From an uncultured virus (IMG/VR IMGVR_UViG_2049941000_000043) (lineage: Duplodnaviria > Heunggongvirae > Uroviricota > Caudoviricetes), in IMG/VR virus record IMGVR_UViG_2049941000_000043: a DNA stretch of 20,000 nt; one strand, given 5' to 3'. The position numbers were made by a program, and so were the translations under genes. Of this stretch, positions 8,983 through 17,197 are shown piece by piece. Under the pieces are notes generated by a model that saw nothing but the letters and a program-made list of their open reading frames with translations, did no database searches and had not been told where the DNA came from. Position 1 is the first letter of the stretch, and every line of letters begins with the position of its first letter.

Positions 8983-10032
8983 TTACGGCGTTTCAAAATG
9001 AGAAAAGAAGGAGCGCAGCTGCTCCACNNNNNNNNNNNNNNNNNNNNNNNNNNNNNNCGCCGTCATCTGCCCGGAGGACAGGTGGGTGTAGATTTTCTGC
9101 ATCGCGTTCACGTCTCCCCAGCCGCCGAGACGAGCGGCCTCAAGGACTGGCACCTGCCTTTCCCAGCATAGGGAGGCGAACGAGTGCCGGAGACCGTGCA
9201 CGCCGACTTCCGGGAGGCCTTCCCTGCGGCAGATCCGGTTCACCTGATTGTATACGGAGTTCGGGTGGCCCTTCATGACGCGGCCTGTCTTGTCCTCCAC
9301 CTTCCGGAGGGCATCGGTGAGCTGCGGGATCAGGATGGGCACGTCACGCGTGCTGGATTTCGTCTTGTTAGTCTTCTTCTCTACGAGGCCGTCCGTGCCA
9401 ATGACCACCGACCGCCGGACGTGGATGATCTCGTTCGTTAGGTCTATGTCCTTCCAGTCGAGCGCAGCTATCTCTGACCGCCGGAGGGAGCACAGGGCGA
9501 GCAGGGCGGGGATTTCACACCGTTCCCCTTGCACTGCCCTACAGAACTGCAAAACCTCCGCAGAGGTCAGCCAGGGACGCGAGGCGGCGGGCACGGCGGG
9601 AAGGTTCACTCCCTCAAAGTCCCTGCCGTATTCCTTCAGCGCGGAGGAGACGAGGCCCCAGGCGTTCCGCACAGTCTTCGGGGAGACGAGCTTCGCCTCA
9701 TCCGAGACCATGCGCTGGAGGGTTCTTCTGTCCAGATCCGAGAGCTTCCGGCCCATGTACGCGGAGAAGCGGTTCTCGCGGTAGGATCTGTACGCCTTCA
9801 CAGTCGCCGGAGAAAGCACCGGCTCCCTCAAATCAATATAGTCATCTACCACGGCCCCCAGAGTTAAGTTCTGGGGGCTTTTTCTTGTATGCCCATCTCT
9901 CAACAGGAGGGCCTGTGATATGGCCTCCTGCGGGCTGTCAGCGGTCACAGAGCGGCGCACGCCGTCCACGGTGACCTGACAACGCCAGGAACCGGACGGC
10001 AGCTCTATGGCCTTCGGGTACTTTTTCTTCAT
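8983..10032 (-). CDS. int: Tyrosine integrase
   Basis: Start MKKKYPK (ATG 10032, RBS GGAGGA). Catalytic motifs 'LRRSEIAAL.W', 'HGLRHSFAS', 'LGGW...MQKIYTH'. A 30-N gap lies near the C-terminus. Confidence 0.92.
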   Translation of the reverse strand: MKKKYPKAIELPSGSWRCQVTVDGVRRSVTADSPQEAISQALLLRDGHTRKSPQNLTLGAVVDDYIDLREPVLSPATVKAYRSYRENRFSAYMGRKLSDLDRRTLQRMVSDEAKLVSPKTVRNAWGLVSSALKEYGRDFEGVNLPAVPAASRPWLTSAEVLQFCRAVQGERCEIPALLALCSLRRSEIAALDWKDIDLTNEIIHVRRSVVIGTDGLVEKKTNKTKSSTRDVPILIPQLTDALRKVEDKTGRVMKGHPNSVYNQVNRICRREGLPEVGVHGLRHSFASLCWERQVPVLEAARLGGWGDVNAMQKIYTHLSSGQMTAXXXXXXXXXXVEQLRSFFSHFETP

Positions 10033-10051
10033 CGGTAGTCCTCCAGCCGGA

Positions 10052-10387
10052 TCAGCCGACCGCGATTCCCTTTTTATAGGGAGCGAGCAGACCGTCCACG
10101 GCTTCCTGGATCGGACGCGGCGCGTCAAGGTATGCGTCCACCATCTTCGGCGTGGCGGAGGAGGAGAAACCGGCGAGCACGTTCGGCTCGCAGTCTAGAG
10201 CCTCGCAGATCCGGAAGAACATCGGCAGGCGCGGCTGGATCTTCCCGGTCGTCCAGTCGGAGACGGTTGCACGAGAGACACCGAGGATGGCACCGAGTTC
10301 AGCTTTTGACATATCCGCGCGGTCAATCTGCCGGGCGAGATTCCTGGCAAAAATGGCGGCGTATTCCTGTTCAGTCTTCATCTTCAT
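10052..10387 (-). CDS. CI-like repressor (XRE HTH)
   Basis: 'MSKAELGAILGVSRATVSDWTTGKIQP'. RBS GGAGGA before ATG 10387. Divergent from cro. Confidence 0.85.
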   Translation of the reverse strand: MKMKTEQEYAAIFARNLARQIDRADMSKAELGAILGVSRATVSDWTTGKIQPRLPMFFRICEALDCEPNVLAGFSSSATPKMVDAYLDAPRPIQEAVDGLLAPYKKGIAVG

Positions 10388-10463
10388 GTCCTCCAAGCGT
10401 AAGGTGTGGCCTTATTTTATGGGCTGAAAGCGAAAAGTTTTTGACTAAACTGTAAATTAATTA

Positions 10464-10492
10464 TTGACAAGTGCAAGTTGTAGCCTTACAAT
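10464..10492 (+). promoter_or_regulatory. SigA-type early lytic promoter
   Basis: TTGACA (10464-69), 17 bp spacer, TACAAT (10487-92), upstream of cro. Confidence 0.8.
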
Positions 10493-10524
10493 GACAGCGT
10501 AAAACTTGCAGAGGAGGTGAACAC

Positions 10525-10725
10525 ATGACGATGGATCTGAAGACAGCCAGAGTGGCGGCGAAGATGACGCAAGCGGAAGCAGCCGCCAAGCTGGGGACGA
10601 CCACGGCAAGCCTGTGCCGATGGGAGCGAGGGGAGAGAACACCGAAGGTGACCACGTTCTTCCGGCTCTGTGCATTGTACGGAGTCAGCCCTTCGGACAT
10701 TTTTATGCCTTGGATGCAAGGGTAA
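10525..10725 (+). CDS. Cro-like HTH regulator
   Basis: 'ARVAAKMTQAEAAAKLGTTTASLCRWERGERTP'. RBS GGAGGTG. Confidence 0.85.
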   Translation: MTMDLKTARVAAKMTQAEAAAKLGTTTASLCRWERGERTPKVTTFFRLCALYGVSPSDIFMPWMQG

Positions 10726-10770
10726 GTTGCAAACANNNNNNNNNNAGGACTGACAAAGTAAGGTGAGAAC

Positions 10771-11001
10771 ATGAACAGAGGCGACGAGAAGATCCGGGAG
10801 GTTTTCGCCGGCTGGAAGGCAGTAAATCAGCTGACCGCGCAGGACGCGGCGGCGCGGACGAAGATCCCGGAGAGGACATGGCAGAGACGGCAGAAGGACT
10901 TCGGAACGATGACCCTCGATGAGTTCCGGAAGCTGGTAGAAGCAACACGAGCCACGGATGAGGACATCATCCGGATGGTAACTGGAAGGAGAAGAACATG
11001 A
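10771..11001 (+). CDS. Hypothetical HTH-like protein
   Basis: 'LTAQDAAARTKIPERTWQRR...MTLDEFRKL' resembles an XRE-like HTH. RBS AAGGTG. Confidence 0.6.
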   Translation: MNRGDEKIREVFAGWKAVNQLTAQDAAARTKIPERTWQRRQKDFGTMTLDEFRKLVEATRATDEDIIRMVTGRRRT

Positions 11002-11162
11002 TCCTGGAAGCATTGATTATCCTTTTCGGCCTGTTCGGGCTGGGAGTAGTAGGCGGTCTGGAGCGCGGCCTGCTGGGCATCGGAGCAAGCATCATCCTCT
11101 GGATACTGACGGCGGCAGCCATCACGATCCTCGTGAGCATCCGGAGAGCAGTGCGGCGGTAA
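10998..11162 (+). CDS. Small membrane protein (54 aa, not in the ORF track)
   Basis: MILEALIILFGLFGLGVVGGLERGLLGIGASIILWILTAAAITILVSIRRAVRR*. RBS AAGGAG, ATGA overlap, two TM-like segments. Confidence 0.7.
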   Translation: MILEALIILFGLFGLGVVGGLERGLLGIGASIILWILTAAAITILVSIRRAVRR

Positions 11163-11508
11163 TGCGTGGCGCAGCAGTGCATTGGTAATGCGTGGACGGC
11201 GAAGGCCATCCCATGCACGGATAGCGGGGGCGCAGCAAGGCATGGATTTGCAACGGCGAAGTGAGCACTGCGATGGCATTGAAGAGCATCGCCATGGCAT
11301 GGCAGTTCACAGCAATGACGTGACAGCAGAGGCAAGGAGGAGCACTGCCGCGAGCGGCACAGAGATGAGCGGATTTGCGAAGGCTATGCGCGGGATCGCG
11401 ATGGCTATGCGTAGACAGGAGAGGCGTAGGCATAGCTTGGCCTCGATGGCAACGGCGAAGTTTGGAACAGAAAGCAAGGGAATAGAACTGCGTTGAGTAG
11501 AAAGGAGG
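11147..11508 (+). repeat. Degenerate pentamer (NG[C/A]NN) array 1, candidate non-coding guide RNA
   Basis: Example 11331-11380: ggcaa ggagg agcac tgccg cgagc ggcac agaga tgagc ggatt tgcga (10 pentamers in phase). Tracts are reset by +1/-1 nt slips and usually restart at GGC. Confidence 0.75.
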
Positions 11509-11512
11509 ACAC

Positions 11513-11731
11513 ATGAAGACGATGGCACAGGTAGACAAGATCATCGCGCACATCCTGGCATATGGCAGCATCAGCCAGCTGGAGGCGTTCCAGCTGTACG
11601 GATGCTTCCGTCTGGCCTCGCGGATCTGCGACCTGAAGCGAGCCGGCTACAAGATCGGCAAGACCATGGAAGAGGGCAAAAACCGCTACGGAGAGCCGGA
11701 ACGGCACGCCCGCTACTTTCTCATCAAATGA
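11513..11731 (+). CDS. Winged HTH protein (HTH_39-like)
   Basis: 'GSISQLEAFQLYGCFRLASRICDLKRAGYKI'. RBS AAAGGAGG. Confidence 0.75.
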   Translation: MKTMAQVDKIIAHILAYGSISQLEAFQLYGCFRLASRICDLKRAGYKIGKTMEEGKNRYGEPERHARYFLIK

Positions 11732-11748
11732 ACAAAGGAGAACAGAAC

Positions 11749-12342
11749 ATGAAGGAAATGACAATTCGCATCACATTCACGGAGGATCTCCTCGGATCTT
11801 CCAGCAACGATCCCCATCTGCACGAGAACTACATAGCCAGCAAAGCTCCGGACGCATGGAGCACCGCCGAAGAGGTCGAGGCCCTCGGCATCGATGCGGT
11901 AGTCGAGAACGGCAAGACCATTTTTCCGAAGGACACGGACGGCACGCCCATCTTCTGGGACTACCAGATCAAGGGATACTTCAAGGAATCCTGCAAGGCC
12001 CTGTCCAAAGTGCCCGGTACGCTGTCCAGCAAGCTGAAAGCCTACAAACAGCAGATTGACCTGCGGATCTTCCCCGCACCCCGCCGGATCAGGATCACGG
12101 AGACCGGCAAGCGGTACGACCTGCAGAGGCCTCTCCGGGCCTCCACGCCGATGGGCGAACGCATCGCACTGGCGAACAGCGAGACGATCCGCGCCGGAGC
12201 TTCCATCGAGTTCACCGTGCGCCTGCTGGTAGACGATGACGCGAACCTTGTCCGCGAGTGGCTGGACTACGGAGCACTCCACGGTATGGGCCAGTGGCGC
12301 AACGCCGGTTACGGCAGATTCACATGGGAGGAGATCGCATGA
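11749..12342 (+). CDS. Stand-alone RAMP / Cas7-like RNA-binding protein (197 aa)
   Basis: N-terminal strand 'TIRITFTEDLLG', 'P.FWDYQIKGYFKES' (cf. RAMP 'IPGSSLKG..R'), 'SETIRAGASIEFTV', and a C-terminal glycine-rich loop 'GMGQWRNAGYGRF'. RBS AAAGGAG, ATG 11749. Confidence 0.7.
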   Translation: MKEMTIRITFTEDLLGSSSNDPHLHENYIASKAPDAWSTAEEVEALGIDAVVENGKTIFPKDTDGTPIFWDYQIKGYFKESCKALSKVPGTLSSKLKAYKQQIDLRIFPAPRRIRITETGKRYDLQRPLRASTPMGERIALANSETIRAGASIEFTVRLLVDDDANLVREWLDYGALHGMGQWRNAGYGRFTWEEIA

Positions 12343-12623
12343 AGATCCTGAAGAAAGAACCCGGCAAGGGTTACTACGCGAAGGAGATCCCGAACACGCT
12401 GGAGGCCATGCAGGCCGAAGTGGGCGGGTACATCGAGACGGTGACGGTCGACAGGACTTGCTGCATCGTCTGCGACGATGAGGGGCGCATCAAGGAGCTG
12501 CCCTACAACACCACGCTCGGCGGTATCGAGTTCTACGGCCCCATCTTCATTGTGGGAACAAAGAATGACGGCTTCTGCGATGTGCCGAAGCTCGTCCAGC
12601 AGATCCTGGAGGTGACAGCATGA
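12339..12623 (+). CDS. DUF3846-like protein
   Basis: 'EIPNTLEAMQAEVGGYIETV...IVCDDEGRIKELPYN...GPIFIVG'. ATGA overlap with the upstream stop. Confidence 0.7.
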   Translation: MKILKKEPGKGYYAKEIPNTLEAMQAEVGGYIETVTVDRTCCIVCDDEGRIKELPYNTTLGGIEFYGPIFIVGTKNDGFCDVPKLVQQILEVTA

Positions 12624-13102
12624 CACTGTATGAGATCGCGCAGGAGATGGCCACCCTCATCGACCCGGAGACCGGGGAGATCCGGGACTACGAAGCCTTT
12701 GAAGAGCTTCAGATGGCCAGAGACGAGAAGATAGACAACACGGCGAAGTGGATCATCGAGCTGGAGGCCGAGGCGAAGATGGTCAAGGAGAGAGCGGACG
12801 AGCTGACCGAGAGGGCCAGAGCGGCGAAGAAGAAGGCCGAACGGCTGCGTGAGTTCCTGCAGGAGTATCTCGCCGGAGAGAAGCGCAAGACGGCGGACTA
12901 CACCATCGGCTACAGAAAGACGAAGGCCGTGGAGATCACGGACGAGAAGGCGGCGGAGATGTGGCTTGTCGAGCATTGCTTCTTTGACTGCATGAAGACC
13001 ACCACCACGCTGAACAAGACCGCCATGAAGAAGCACATCGAGTTTGGCGACCAGATCCCCGGTGCTGAACTCGTAGAGCGGCAGACGATGCAGGTGAAGT
13101 GA
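12620..13102 (+). CDS. Siphovirus Gp157-family protein
   Basis: 'MTLYEI...KIDNTAKWI..LEAEA....', coiled coil, 'NKTAMKK.....QIPGAELVE'. Confidence 0.85.
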   Translation: MTLYEIAQEMATLIDPETGEIRDYEAFEELQMARDEKIDNTAKWIIELEAEAKMVKERADELTERARAAKKKAERLREFLQEYLAGEKRKTADYTIGYRKTKAVEITDEKAAEMWLVEHCFFDCMKTTTTLNKTAMKKHIEFGDQIPGAELVERQTMQVK

Positions 13103-13392
13103 TGGTGAAAGTGATCATACACACGAAGGGCAAGACCCTCCGAGACAAGGTCATGAACGTGACCAGGAAGTGCATGGAGCTGAAGGATCAGTTCCCCTGC
13201 TTCTCGTGGGAGTTCCAGAACTACAGAGGCAGGCTGACCTTCACGGCGGCGCACTGGAGCGGAGACGAGCGGGAGGAGTTCCAGTTCCCGCTCCATCTGG
13301 TCGAAGTCAACGAGGACTACAAGTACATCATGGATCAGCTGAACGAGCTGAAGTGGTCGGCTCTGTTCTACGAGGAGGAGAACAATGGATAA
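13102..13392 (+). CDS. Hypothetical protein
   Basis: Coupled ORF (TGATG) with phage-like codon usage. Confidence 0.6.
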   Translation: MVKVIIHTKGKTLRDKVMNVTRKCMELKDQFPCFSWEFQNYRGRLTFTAAHWSGDEREEFQFPLHLVEVNEDYKYIMDQLNELKWSALFYEEENNG

Positions 13393-13975
13393 CTACTTTC
13401 AGGAGCTGTACAGCGTCAACGTGAACGACAAGGTCGAAAAGAAGAACGGCCTGTCCTACGTTTCCTGGCCCTTCGCATGGGCAGAAATCAAGAAACGCCA
13501 CCCGGATGCCACATACACGATCTACGAGAACGCGAACGGCTGGAATTACCACACCGACGGCTCAACCGCATGGGTGAAGACCGGCGTGACGGTGAACGGC
13601 ATCGAGCACATCGAGTATTTGCCGATCATGGACACCCGGAACCGCTCCATCCCGGCGGAGAGCGTGACGAGCTTTGACGTGAACAAGGCCATCCAGAGAT
13701 CCCTGACGAAGGCCTGCGCCCGCCACGGCCTCGGCTTGTACATCTACGCCGGCGAGGATCTGCCGGAGGATGCCGGGACGATGAGCGACACATACAAGAC
13801 CGGCAAGCCGTACCAGACCATCGTCTGCGAGGGATGCGGGAAGGAGATCCAGCCGACCCGGAACAGCAAGGGGCAGATCCAGAGCGTGGAAGGTCAGGTG
13901 GAGTTCTCGCAGAAGAGCTTCGGCAAGAACTACTGCCTCGCCTGCGCCCAGGAAGCCTGGAGCGGTAAGAAGTGA
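13385..13975 (+). CDS. Single-strand annealing recombinase (Sak3/DUF1071-like) with C-terminal Zn-finger
   Basis: 'KKNGLSYVSWPFAW', 'VNKAIQRSLTKACARHGLGLYIYAGEDLP', C-terminal CxxC...CxxC. Confidence 0.85.
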   Translation: MDNYFQELYSVNVNDKVEKKNGLSYVSWPFAWAEIKKRHPDATYTIYENANGWNYHTDGSTAWVKTGVTVNGIEHIEYLPIMDTRNRSIPAESVTSFDVNKAIQRSLTKACARHGLGLYIYAGEDLPEDAGTMSDTYKTGKPYQTIVCEGCGKEIQPTRNSKGQIQSVEGQVEFSQKSFGKNYCLACAQEAWSGKK

Positions 13976-14319
13976 TGGAGCTATACGAGGAGCTTGACAG
14001 CAAGAAGAAACAGCTGGACGCGTCCATCAAACAGCTCCGGAAGAACGGCACGGAGTACGCGGAGGCGGAGAGGGCTTACAAAGTCCTCCTCCGCACCGAG
14101 TGCATGAAGCTCCGGGACGAGGGGATGGCCATCGGCATGATCAGCCTGACCTGCTACGGCATCCCCTCCGTGGCGGAGGCCCGATTCCGGCGCGACATAG
14201 CGAAGACCGTCTATGAGGCGAATCAGGAAGCCATCAACTCCCTGAAGCTCCAGCTCCGGCTGATCGAGAGCCAAATCCAACGAGAATGGGGGTCACCGTC
14301 ATCGCAAAATCTATCGTAA
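13975..14319 (+). CDS. Hypothetical coiled-coil protein
   Basis: Coupled ORF; 'AEAERAYK...RFRRDIA...YEANQEAIN..K...QIQREW'. Confidence 0.65.
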   Translation: MELYEELDSKKKQLDASIKQLRKNGTEYAEAERAYKVLLRTECMKLRDEGMAIGMISLTCYGIPSVAEARFRRDIAKTVYEANQEAINSLKLQLRLIESQIQREWGSPSSQNLS

Positions 14320-14597
14320 GCAACGAGCGGCAGTGCTTCATCTGCCACGACACCCGCACCCTGCACAAGCATCACATCTATGGCGGCATAGGACGGCGGG
14401 AGTGGTCGGAGAAGTTCGGCTGCTGGGTGTATCTCTGCCCCTGGCATCACAACATGAGCGACAGCGGAGTGCACTTCAACAAGGTGCTGGATCTGAAGCT
14501 GAAGCAGTGGTGCCAGCGCAAATTTGAGGAAGAACACAGCCGGCAAGAGTTCCGGCGGTACTTTGGAAGATCATATCTTGAGGAGGAAGACAAATGA
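14286..14597 (+). CDS. HNH-like nuclease (start uncertain)
   Basis: 'CFIC......HKHHIYGG..RR..SEKFG..VYLC..HHN....VH'. Confidence 0.7.
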   Translation: MGVTVIAKSIVSNERQCFICHDTRTLHKHHIYGGIGRREWSEKFGCWVYLCPWHHNMSDSGVHFNKVLDLKLKQWCQRKFEEEHSRQEFRRYFGRSYLEEEDK

Positions 14598-14959
14598 ATA
14601 GCATCAGCGTTATAGGCAGGCTCACGGCAGATCCGGAGCTTCGGAAGACACAGAGCGGCATCCCGGTGGCCTCGTTCACCCTGGCTGTGGACAGGCCCCA
14701 TGTGAAGGACACCACGGACTTCTTCAGCTGCGTGGCATGGCGGCAGACCGGCGAGTTCGTCGCCCAGTACTTCACCAAGGGCAGAAAGATGGGCGTGACC
14801 GGCTCCATGCAGTCCAGGAAGTACGAAGACAAGGACGGCAACAAGCGCACCGTCTGGGAGCTTGTGGTGGATCAGGTGGACTTCTGCGACAAGAAGACCG
14901 ACAGCCAGCCGGCAGACTTTGAGCCGGTTGAGGTGGACGATGGGGAGCTGCCGTTCTGA
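14594..14959 (+). CDS. ssb: Single-stranded DNA-binding protein
   Basis: 'GRLTADPELRKTQSG..VASFTLAVDR', acidic tail 'DDGELPF'. Confidence 0.95.
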   Translation: MNSISVIGRLTADPELRKTQSGIPVASFTLAVDRPHVKDTTDFFSCVAWRQTGEFVAQYFTKGRKMGVTGSMQSRKYEDKDGNKRTVWELVVDQVDFCDKKTDSQPADFEPVEVDDGELPF

Positions 14960-15810
14960 TGGCAGAGAGGAGAATGTTCGCGAAGACGATCATCGACAGC
15001 GACGCCTTCCTCGATATGCCGGCATCGGCGCAGGCCCTCTACTTCCACCTCGCCATGAGGGCCGACGACGATGGGTTCATCAACAACCCGAAGAAGGTGA
15101 TGCGGATCGTCGGCGCGTCGAACGATGACGCGAAGATCCTGCTGACGAAGCGGTTCCTGCTTGAGTTCGATTCCGGCATCATCGTGATCAAGCACTGGTG
15201 GATGCACAACTACATCCAGAAGGACAGATACAAGCCGACCGTGTACCAGGAGGAGCGGGCGCAGCTCTCCAAAAAACCGAACGGCGCGTACACCTTCGGA
15301 GAGGGTGAAAAACTCTTGGATACAGAATGTATACAAGATGTATCCAAAGTGGAAGCACAGGATAGGTTAGGTAAGGATAGAGATAGAGATAGGTTAGAGT
15401 TAGAGTTAGGTGAGAGTAAGAGAAAGATAGACAGTACTGTCAATCTTGCAGACACGCGCGCGCGAGATCCGTTCTCCGCTTTTGTGATGAATCAGGATGA
15501 CCAGGACTTGACGGATGCCATCCTCACTTGGCAGTCGGAGATGGCTGGCAGCGGGTCACCGCTTTCGCCGAAAGAACAGGGAGAGATCCTGGACAAGCTC
15601 CGGCTGGAGTTTCCTCGGGCGGAGTGGCTGCCAGCGATCAGAAGAAGCGCGGAGCGGAAGTGGCGCACCGTCTACCCTCGGAAGGAAGACAAGAAGGCCG
15701 TGGCACAGAAGAAGCAGAAGGACGCATGGAGCGAACCTGTGCCGGCAGAGGAGACGGAACGGCTGCTCCGGAAGATCAAGGAGATGGAGGCGTGGAATGA
15801 GACTGATTGA
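14959..15810 (+). CDS. Phage replication initiator (replisome organizer)
   Basis: 'MAERRMFAKTIIDSDAFLDMP.SAQALYFHL.MRADDDGF', 'VIKHW..HNYIQKDRY'; central low-complexity linker. Confidence 0.85.
   Translation: MAERRMFAKTIIDSDAFLDMPASAQALYFHLAMRADDDGFINNPKKVMRIVGASNDDAKILLTKRFLLEFDSGIIVIKHWWMHNYIQKDRYKPTVYQEERAQLSKKPNGAYTFGEGEKLLDTECIQDVSKVEAQDRLGKDRDRDRLELELGESKRKIDSTVNLADTRARDPFSAFVMNQDDQDLTDAILTWQSEMAGSGSPLSPKEQGEILDKLRLEFPRAEWLPAIRRSAERKWRTVYPRKEDKKAVAQKKQKDAWSEPVPAEETERLLRKIKEMEAWNETD
15316..15432. repeat. Putative replication origin (iterons) inside the initiator gene
   Basis: TGGATACA / TGTATACA / TGTATCCA at 11-bp spacing (15317, 15328, 15339) forming a dyad, followed by purine-rich GATAGA/GTTAGA repeats. 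Confidence 0.5.
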
Positions 15811-16057
15811 TTTAATCAGCCGACAGGCGGCGATTGACGCGATGTATATGGGATGTTATTTAACTCCAAAAGATAGGAGCGATTTGGTCAAAGCATTAGA
15901 GCGGTTGCCAACCATAGATGCCGTTGAGGTTGTGCGGTGTAAGGAGTGCAAGATGGCAAACTCTTGTTCAGACGATAGAGAAATGTACTGCACGTTGAAC
16001 CATTGCTATAAGCGAAATAATTATTTCTGCGCTGATGGGAGGAGAACGAATGAGTGA
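15797..16057 (+). CDS. Cys-rich paralog 1 ('MRLID...PTIDAV.VVRCK.C...YFCADGR')
   Basis: RBS GGAGG, ATG 15797. Confidence 0.7.
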   Translation: MRLIDLISRQAAIDAMYMGCYLTPKDRSDLVKALERLPTIDAVEVVRCKECKMANSCSDDREMYCTLNHCYKRNNYFCADGRRTNE

Positions 16058-16252
16058 TTTAATCAGCCGCCAGACGGCGATTGATGCGGTGCATCAGGAA
16101 TTTGATGAATGCCTTGTCTGGGATGAAAGCGGGCAGACTACAGCGGATGAAGTGGAGCGTATTCTTGACTACTTGCCATCCGCAGAGCCGAGGTGGATTC
16201 CTGTGACGGAGCGGTTGCCGAAGATTGACATGAGTTATCCGCATCATGAGGA
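16050..16252 (+). CDS. DUF551-like protein, truncated by gap
   Basis: 'MSDLISRQTAIDAV...LPSAEPRWIPVTERLP' running into the N gap 16253-16870. Confidence 0.6.
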
Positions 16253-16972
16253 NNNNNNNNNNNNNNNNNNNNNNNNNNNNNNNNNNNNNNNNNNNNNNNN
16301 NNNNNNNNNNNNNNNNNNNNNNNNNNNNNNNNNNNNNNNNNNNNNNNNNNNNNNNNNNNNNNNNNNNNNNNNNNNNNNNNNNNNNNNNNNNNNNNNNNNN
16401 NNNNNNNNNNNNNNNNNNNNNNNNNNNNNNNNNNNNNNNNNNNNNNNNNNNNNNNNNNNNNNNNNNNNNNNNNNNNNNNNNNNNNNNNNNNNNNNNNNNN
16501 NNNNNNNNNNNNNNNNNNNNNNNNNNNNNNNNNNNNNNNNNNNNNNNNNNNNNNNNNNNNNNNNNNNNNNNNNNNNNNNNNNNNNNNNNNNNNNNNNNNN
16601 NNNNNNNNNNNNNNNNNNNNNNNNNNNNNNNNNNNNNNNNNNNNNNNNNNNNNNNNNNNNNNNNNNNNNNNNNNNNNNNNNNNNNNNNNNNNNNNNNNNN
16701 NNNNNNNNNNNNNNNNNNNNNNNNNNNNNNNNNNNNNNNNNNNNNNNNNNNNNNNNNNNNNNNNNNNNNNNNNNNNNNNNNNNNNNNNNNNNNNNNNNNN
16801 NNNNNNNNNNNNNNNNNNNNNNNNNNNNNNNNNNNNNNNNNNNNNNNNNNNNNNNNNNNNNNNNNNNNNNTTGCAGATGGTGGACAAAGCAAGAAGCAAG
16901 TCTGCAAGGCAGATGCGATGCGTATGGTATGTACCCAACAGGAGAATGGTACTGTGCAAGGGGAGAAAGACG

Positions 16973-17197
16973 ATGAGTGAATACATAGTGCGGGAAACAG
17001 ACTGCGGTTTAGCCACAAAGCAGGAGATTGTGGGAGAACTGGTGCGATGCAAGGATTGCGTTTTTTCCAAGCCATACAACGAAAAATGGATACAACCAAA
17101 AATGTTAAATAACGACCGATGGTGTGAATTATATGGAACACGACATCAGAATTGGTACTGTGCAGACGGAGAAAGGAGAACCAATGAGACTGATTGA
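16973..17197 (+). CDS. Cys-rich paralog ('ELVRCKDC...WYCADGERR')
   Basis: ATG 16973 overlaps the stop of a partial paralog ending 'WYCARGERR*'. Confidence 0.65.
   Translation: MSEYIVRETDCGLATKQEIVGELVRCKDCVFSKPYNEKWIQPKMLNNDRWCELYGTRHQNWYCADGERRTNETD

Noticed and set aside
10945..10959. Possible self-target: NN string ac-cg-gc-ac-ga from 11341-11365 matches ACa CGa GCc ACg GAt when read as NN-x
   Set aside because: Only 10 informative bases, flanking dinucleotides mismatch, and many tracts and registers could be tried, so it is compatible with chance. Needs a shuffled-control search.
11182..11496. 104-aa + strand ORF, and the overlapping minus-strand ORFs, across array 1
   Set aside because: TTG start with no RBS, Arg/Ala/Met-rich junk-like composition, and the underlying period is 5 rather than 3. 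Likely a by-product of the repeat tract.
11147..11508. Canonical CRISPR array
   Set aside because: No identical 23-47 nt repeats separated by unique spacers here or at 19140-19425.
11602..11748. N-terminal extension of the RAMP-like ORF (246-aa call)
   Set aside because: Overlaps the HTH gene in another frame; a strong RBS supports ATG 11749.
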